Assembly (NCBI RefSeq): GCF_001194135.2
Contig: NC_068982.1
Location: 166,565,620-166,609,267, forward strand
Reading direction: 5' to 3'
Source: Octopus bimaculoides
Taxonomy: Eukaryota
DNA length: 43,648 bases
Part shown: piece by piece, positions 38,085 to 43,648 of the stretch
Numbering within the stretch: the first letter of the stretch is position 1
Layout: each line of letters opens with the position of its first letter
Notes under the pieces: generated by a model
Database searches by the model: none
Told to the model about the DNA's origin: nothing
The model's input: only the letters and a program-made list of their open reading frames with translations
Translations under genes and position numbers: made by a program

Positions 38085-38400
38085 GTACATGTTAACACTT
38101 GTGCCGGTGGCATGTGAACAAAACATTGGACTGACTCCTGTGCAGGTGATACATAAAAAACACCATTTGAGTGTGGCCATTGCCAGTACCACCAGACTGG
38201 CCCTCGTGCTGGTGGCACGTAAAAAGCACCCACTACACTCTCGGAGTGGTTGGTGTTAGGAAGGGCATCCAGCTGTAGAAACTCTGCCAAATCAGATTGG
38301 AGTCTGGTGCAGCCATCCGCTTCGCCAGTCCCCAGTCAAATCATCCAACCCATGCTAGCATGGAAAGCGGACGTTAAATGATGATGATGATGATGATGAT
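38085..38400 (+). mobile_element. RTE LINE 3' UTR/tail copy
   Basis: UTR repeat units, GGAAGGGCATCCAGCTGTAGAAAC, (ATG)n tail. Confidence 0.88.
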
Positions 38401-39049
38401 ATATATATATATTCAAAGCTGAGCTCCCTTCTATTGCAACTCTTAGTTTTATACTTCTACTGGAGAGAGTGAGAGATGCAATAAAGTAAATGAGCAAATA
38501 AAATTGGATATTTGAAAGATGAAGACCAGGAAATATATTTTCCCAAAAACTGAATTCTGCTAATAGATATTAAAAAAAGAAAAATGGAAAATTTTACACA
38601 ACAGGAAATGTAGTTTGTAAATGATATTGTGCTTGAAAGAAGGAGAGACAAAGACATATAGAGACAAAACAGTAGACAAATATGGAGACAAAAAACAAAC
38701 AGTGAAAGGAAAGCAAGGGTTACAAGTTCCCTTCCCAAAGAGTATGCCTACATGAATGAATGCTTAATTATGATTTTTAAAAATATTATCTCATTTATTA
38801 TTCTTTTTCTTTTACCATGTCACTAGAGACTTGGATTTTAGTTTAACTTGTACCACATTCCTAATAACATCTGTTAATTCTTTTCACACCTTTATTGACA
38901 TGAAGATATTGCATGAGGAATCATCTGGATCAATTTTTAGTAGATACTAAATTTTAAGCATTGCATAAAACAATCTATTTTAATACATATATCATTATTT
39001 TATTGGTTAGTCAAGAGGAAAAGCAGTGTTCATTACCATTTTTGAGGTC

Positions 39050-40190
39050 TTTAAGAGAGATGGGTGGAGGTTAGACTAAATATCCTGAAACCAAAGACTT
39101 GCCAAGGATCAGATGATGATATTAAATCAGATGGATTGCTTTTACAACTCAAGTAGGCCATGGCAGAATTTGAACTCAGAATGCAAAGAGCTGGAAGAAA
39201 TACAAGGCATTCTGTCCTTTCTGAAGATGAAGATTGTAATTTTGAGATGTAGCTATTTGTATGTGAAAGAATGCAGTAATGGTAGCAGCAGTTTGATGCT
39301 TTTTTAAACAATAACTATAATAATTCTTTCTAACTGACATTGCCAGATTATGGTGGAGAAAGGATATAGTCGATTCAACCAACTCTAGTACTAGACTAGT
39401 ACTTATTTTATTGGCTCCAAAAGGATGAAAGGTTAAGTTGATCTCAGTGTAATTTAAGCTCAGAATGTAAAAGAACATAACTAAATACCACAAGGCATTT
39501 TGTCTAATTTTCAACTGATTCTGCCAGCCATTTCTCTTAGTCATATTTGTACTTTATTAAATATAGCTGTATGATAATAAGGGAGATGGTGGATTGATTT
39601 CTTTTGAATGTTAATCATAATAATAATGGTTTCAAATTTTGTCACAAGGACAGCCATTTTGGAGGAGGGAATGAGTCGAATACATCAACCCCAGTGTTTC
39701 ACTGGTATTTAATTTATCAACCCTGAAAGGATGAAAAGCTAAGTTGACCTCAGCAGAATTTGAACTCAGAACTTGAAGACAGACAAAATACCACTAAGCA
39801 CTTCACCTGGCGTGCTAACGATTCTGCCAGCTTGTTGCTTTATAATCATAATAAATGATAGACTGACATCTAACTTAAACAAAGTTCATACATTTTGGGG
39901 GTGAAAACAGCCAATTTGATCACTCCTAATACTATAGGGGAAAGACTAACTCATGTTGTTGAGATTTAAATCCAGAATGCAAAGGGACATAACTACACAC
40001 CACAAGGTATTTTGTTCAATACGCAACTGATTCTGCTAGCCACTGCACTTCAGGACAATAGTTTCTGATTAAGGTACATGGCCTAAAATTTTAAAGAGAA
40101 GAGGTTAGTTGAAACCATCAACCCCACTATTTGACTGGTATTTTACTCCATCGACCCTGGAGGGATGAAAGACAAAATAATGACAATACT
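39050..40190 (-). mobile_element. Head-to-tail run of about five SINE family A units
   Basis: Core or parts of it recur near 39170, 39430, 39740, 39970 and 40165. The best copy is 39625-39838. Confidence 0.7.
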
Positions 40191-40199
40191 AATTATTAC

Positions 40200-40362
40200 A
40201 GACACTCTTGGAGTGGTTAGCATTAGGAAAGGCATCCAGCTGTAGAAACCTTGCCAGATCAGATTGGAGCCTGGTGCAGCCTCCTGGCTTGCCAGTCCTC
40301 AGTCAAACCGTCCAACCCATGCCAGCATGGAAAACGGACGTTAAACGATGATGATGATGATG
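40200..40362 (+). mobile_element. RTE tail copy, well preserved
   Basis: About 92% identical by hand to the reverse complement of 42597-42752. Confidence 0.9.
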
Positions 40363-40869
40363 AAAAATATATTTGAAATATTTATGATGGAATGTTAATA
40401 ATCATGTTTTTGTTATATTATATTTAGTTTCCAGCTTCAGTTAGGAACTGAAACTGGATTGCAGACTTGGTTTCTTTAAATAAATCAGAGATTCATTGCC
40501 ATACAATGAATTAATGACTGGCCTGTTTTACTGAATGCCAGATGGATGAAATACAAAGCTTATCCCAGTAGGATGTGAATCAACAATAAAATATATACAT
40601 GAAGTTAGGAGTAATGTGTTTGTTTTTCTTTGTCATTCATTCTACAATCTCAGTCATGTTGCTATTATTTTAGTTTCATTACCAGCATAATATATCCACA
40701 TATGTATCATCATCATCATCATCATTATCGTGAAGTAAACACTGCTGTATCAGAAACTTATCGCAATAACATCAGTACAATACCAAACAGATAAGACAGT
40801 GGAAATGGAGTGACCTAAGAACATTATGTACATATATTCAAAACTCATGCATGCATGCACACACAATAT

Positions 40870-41055
40870 TAACAATAATTTTTAACATAGACTCAAAGTC
40901 AGAAATTTGGGGGTTAGAAGGTTGATTAAGTCAATCCCAGTACTTGACTGATACTTTATTTTATCAACTTGAGATGGAAGAAAAGCAAAGTTGATCTTAG
41001 CAGGATTTGAACTCAAAACAAATACTGCAAGGCACTTTTTCTGATGTGCTAAGGA
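40870..41055 (-). mobile_element. SINE family A
   Basis: AAGCAAAGTTGATCTTAGCAGGATTTGAACTCA is a reverse-strand match to the core. Confidence 0.7.
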
Positions 41056-41099
41056 TTGTGAGAAACAACTTCTTTATTTGAAACTCAATGAACAAGGAG

Positions 41100-41275
41100 A
41101 CGAAAAACTAAGTTAACTAATAGGTGCATTCATGATTGTGTAGTTACCAAGTTTGTTTCACAACCACATGGTTCACAGGTTTGATTCCTCTTCATGGCAC
41201 CTTGTACAAATGTCTTTAACCATAGCCTCAGATTATAAGTGGAAAGAAAGGCAGAAATTGTATGAGAGGTCATAG
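41100..41275 (+). mobile_element. SINE family C, decayed
   Basis: GGTTTGATTCC..GGCACCTTGTACAAATGTCTT..ATAGCCTCAG. Confidence 0.5.
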
Positions 41276-41714
41276 TATATGCTCATATGCAAATAACTTT
41301 CACCAATGAATATCAGCAAACGATGTACATATCAGCAACAATACAAGTAAACTGGAGCTTTCAGACAAAAACCTTTAATTATTTCTTTCATTGCGTTGCA
41401 AACCAGCCTATTTTACTGAATGTTACAATGACAGAAACAGAGCTTTTTCCAGTAGGATTTGAATCAGTAATAAAATATTTTCATAATGTTAGGAACAAGG
41501 TGTTTGTTGTTCTCTTTCAACGATTCTGCAACCACATTCAATGTTTCTATGATTTAACTTTCATTCCCAGTGTTATATATCGGCACTTATATCATTATTA
41601 TATTATATATCTACTCTTCACAGCTGCATGGGGTGGATGGATCATAAAAGACTGAATTAGTCCTTATCTGGAGTCACTACCTTCTTAAGCTAGTTAGTGA
41701 CAAAGTCACACTTG

Positions 41715-41825
41715 ATTGCACCAGTTTTGGTATGGTTTCTATAACTGGATATACTTCCTGTCACCAACAACTTCACAGAGTGTACTGAGTGCATTTTATT
41801 GTGGCACCAGCACTGGAGAGCCTGC
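41715..41825 (-). mobile_element. RTE 3' UTR fragment
   Basis: GCACCAG..TATGGTTTCTATAACTGGAT..GTGGCACCAGCACTGG matches 34225-34340. Confidence 0.65.
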
Positions 41826-42106
41826 CTTGTTCCCAACAAGACTAAAGAGTTATTTGTATCCTACACTGTTTTCATTCATTTATCAATATAAGGTCATTTT
41901 ATTCCTGGTAAACAGAAAAGAGAGTGCTGTGAGAGCAAAAGAAAGAGGGCAACAGAGAATAATAAGAGAACCAAAAGGTAAAGGAGGAGAAAGTGAAGGA
42001 AGAGAAAGTGATGGCTAACAATACAGAAGGGGTAATGCTAAGGGGAGAGTGAATGTATATGGACTGATTCAATGCTATCCCTCAACAGACAGGCATTCAA
42101 TATCTA

Positions 42107-42152
<46 letters not shown>

Positions 42153-42329
42153 TATTCATACATACACAAGTACACAGAATAAGTGCTGTAAAAATAAAAC
42201 AAAGCAGGTTGGCATCAAGAAGGGAATCCAGCTATAAACATAGCCTCAAAAAGTCTGGCCTAAACCCATGCTAGCATGGAGAAGTGGACTTAATATTGAT
42301 GATGGTGATGATATATATATATGATGGAA

Positions 42330-42588
42330 TCTCCTATAAAAGACGTGCTCAACAACCAGCACAAATAATTTGTTTATAGTGATCAAATGTATGTGCCATA
42401 CATTAGATCACTCCCTCCATCAAATTGACATTATCTGAACAGGTGCATGGGGTATCACATATCAGGTGTCAAAGTGATTGAAGAACAATGTGAGATGAAG
42501 CTTTTTGCACAAAAACACAATGCACCACCTGGTCTAAGAATTGAAACCATGATTTCACAATTGTGCAAGTGCAACACTCTAACCACTA
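42330..42588 (-). mobile_element. tRNA-derived SINE (family B-type head)
   Basis: Minus strand TAGTGGTTAGAGTGTTG..GGTTTCAATTC..TGCATTGTGTTTTTGTGCAAAA. Confidence 0.65.
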
Positions 42589-43460
42589 TCATCATCATTA
42601 TCGTTTAACGTCTGCTTTCCATGCTGGCATGGGTTGGACAGTCTGACTGAGGACTATCGAGCCAGAAGGCTGCACCAGGCTCCAATCTGATCTGGCAAGG
42701 TTTCTACAGCTGGATGCCCTTCCTAACGCCAACCACTCCAAGAGTGTACTGGGTGCTTTTATGTGCCACCGGCACAAGGGCCAGTCAGGTGGTACTGGCA
42801 ATGGCCACGCTCGTATGGTGTTTTTAATGTGCTACCTGCACAGGAGCCAGTCCAGCGACACTGGCAACGACCTCGCTCGAATGTTGTTTTTCACGCGCCA
42901 CCAGCACATTCCAGTCAGGCAACACTGGTAATGATCACACTCGGATGGTGCTCTTAACGTTCCACAAGCATGGATGCCAGTCAGGCAGTGCTGTCATCGG
43001 CCATGTCAGCAAATTTGATTTCAATTTCACTTGCCTCAACAGGTCTTCACAAGCAGAGTTTAGTGTCCAATGAAAGAAAGGTACATATTAGTGGGCTGGT
43101 TACACCACTGGCATAGGCAATGGGTTATGGTCTCACTTGGCTTGCCAGGTCTTCTCAAGGACAGCATATTTCCAAAGGTCTCGGTCACTTGTCATTGCCT
43201 CAGTGAGGCCTTATGTTTGAAAGTCGTGCTTCACCACCTCATCCCAGGTCTTCCTGGGTCTACCTCTTCTATTGGTACCCTCAGCCTCTAGGGTGTGGCA
43301 CTTTTTCACACAGCTATCCTCATCCATTCTCAGCACATGACCATACCAGTGCAGTCGTCTCTCTTGCACACCACATCTGATACTTCTTAGGTCCAACTTT
43401 TCTCTCAAGGCACTTACACTCTGTTGTGCATGCACACTGACATTACACATCCAGTGAAGG
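42589..43460 (-). mobile_element. 5'-truncated RTE LINE: RT C-terminus, 3' UTR and (ATG)n tail
   Basis: WMCNVSVH..LREKLDLRSIRCGVQERRLHWYGHVLRMDEDSCVKKCHTLEAEGTNRRGRPRKTWDEVVKHD is the RTE signature. Premature stop at 43211-43213, natural stop at 43133-43135. Confidence 0.93.
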
Positions 43461-43561
43461 TTATATATATATTGATGATGTATTTTTTATTCTCTCTCGG
43501 GTTCCTTTCTGTTGAAGAGCTTGTTGTTTACACACCTGTCTTCGTCTTTTGTAAATTTCAA

Positions 43562-43605
43562 CTATATACATATTTATATATATAGTATATCTATCTATCT
43601 ATCTA

Positions 43606-43648
<43 letters not shown>
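43562..43648. repeat. (TA)n/(TATC)n microsatellite
   Basis: Visible directly. Confidence 0.9.

Larger units (their letters stand above)
1..43648 (-). other. DOCK1: Partial DOCK-family (DOCK1/2/5-like) gene; window is almost all intron (intron 3 >=3.9 kb, intron 2 3993-14496, intron 1 >=29 kb)
   Basis: Two SH3-coding exons splice in frame on the minus strand. No convincing first exon (M..W....KYGV-type, phase-1 donor) in 14581-43648 and no next exon (E..REW..W) in 1-3901. The span is therefore inferred, and the paralog assignment is tentative. Confidence 0.7.

Noticed and set aside
40430-40459. Isolated short hairpins (here about 13 bp; also 15688-15708 and ~8420-8460)
   Set aside because: Too short for a pre-miRNA or snoRNA call, and expected by chance in 43 kb.
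1-43648. CRISPR arrays, rRNA, true tRNA genes, prokaryotic operons
   Set aside because: None seen. tRNA-like A/B boxes occur only as SINE heads, and the DNA is eukaryotic intron.

Overview
AT-rich, repeat-dense metazoan DNA. The repeat families look like those of an octopus (inference from recalled repeat motifs, not a search). The window appears to lie inside the 5' part of a minus-strand DOCK-family Rac GEF gene (DOCK1/2/5, mbc/CED-5-like; DOCK3/4 not excluded). Only two host coding exons are supportable: 14497-14580 (84 nt) and 3902-3992 (91 nt). Spliced, they encode an SH3 domain, (V)IYSYHGTADRTLPLTVGQTVYIEEETDGWYKGYKIKNKHERGIFPKTYVFIKEATLSG, with intron phases 1/1/2 matching vertebrate DOCK genes as I recall them. 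The first exon and the next downstream exon were not found. The rest is intron filled with dead elements: RTE LINE fragments, at least four SINE families, two mariners, a Tc1, hAT and Helitron remnants, MITEs and microsatellites. None of the ORFs in the supplied track is an intact gene. Most unusual items: (1) a 395-bp insertion (26080-26474) holding a 143-bp near-perfect fold-back whose arms are chains of smaller hairpins, with a short poly(A) and a 6-bp target duplication; (2) a candidate in-frame 111-nt cassette exon (28985-29095); (3) an RTE element reduced to its 5' leader joined to its 3' end; (4) a CpG-rich CRE/E-box cluster in intron 2. All alignments and counts were done by hand, and repeat boundaries are approximate.
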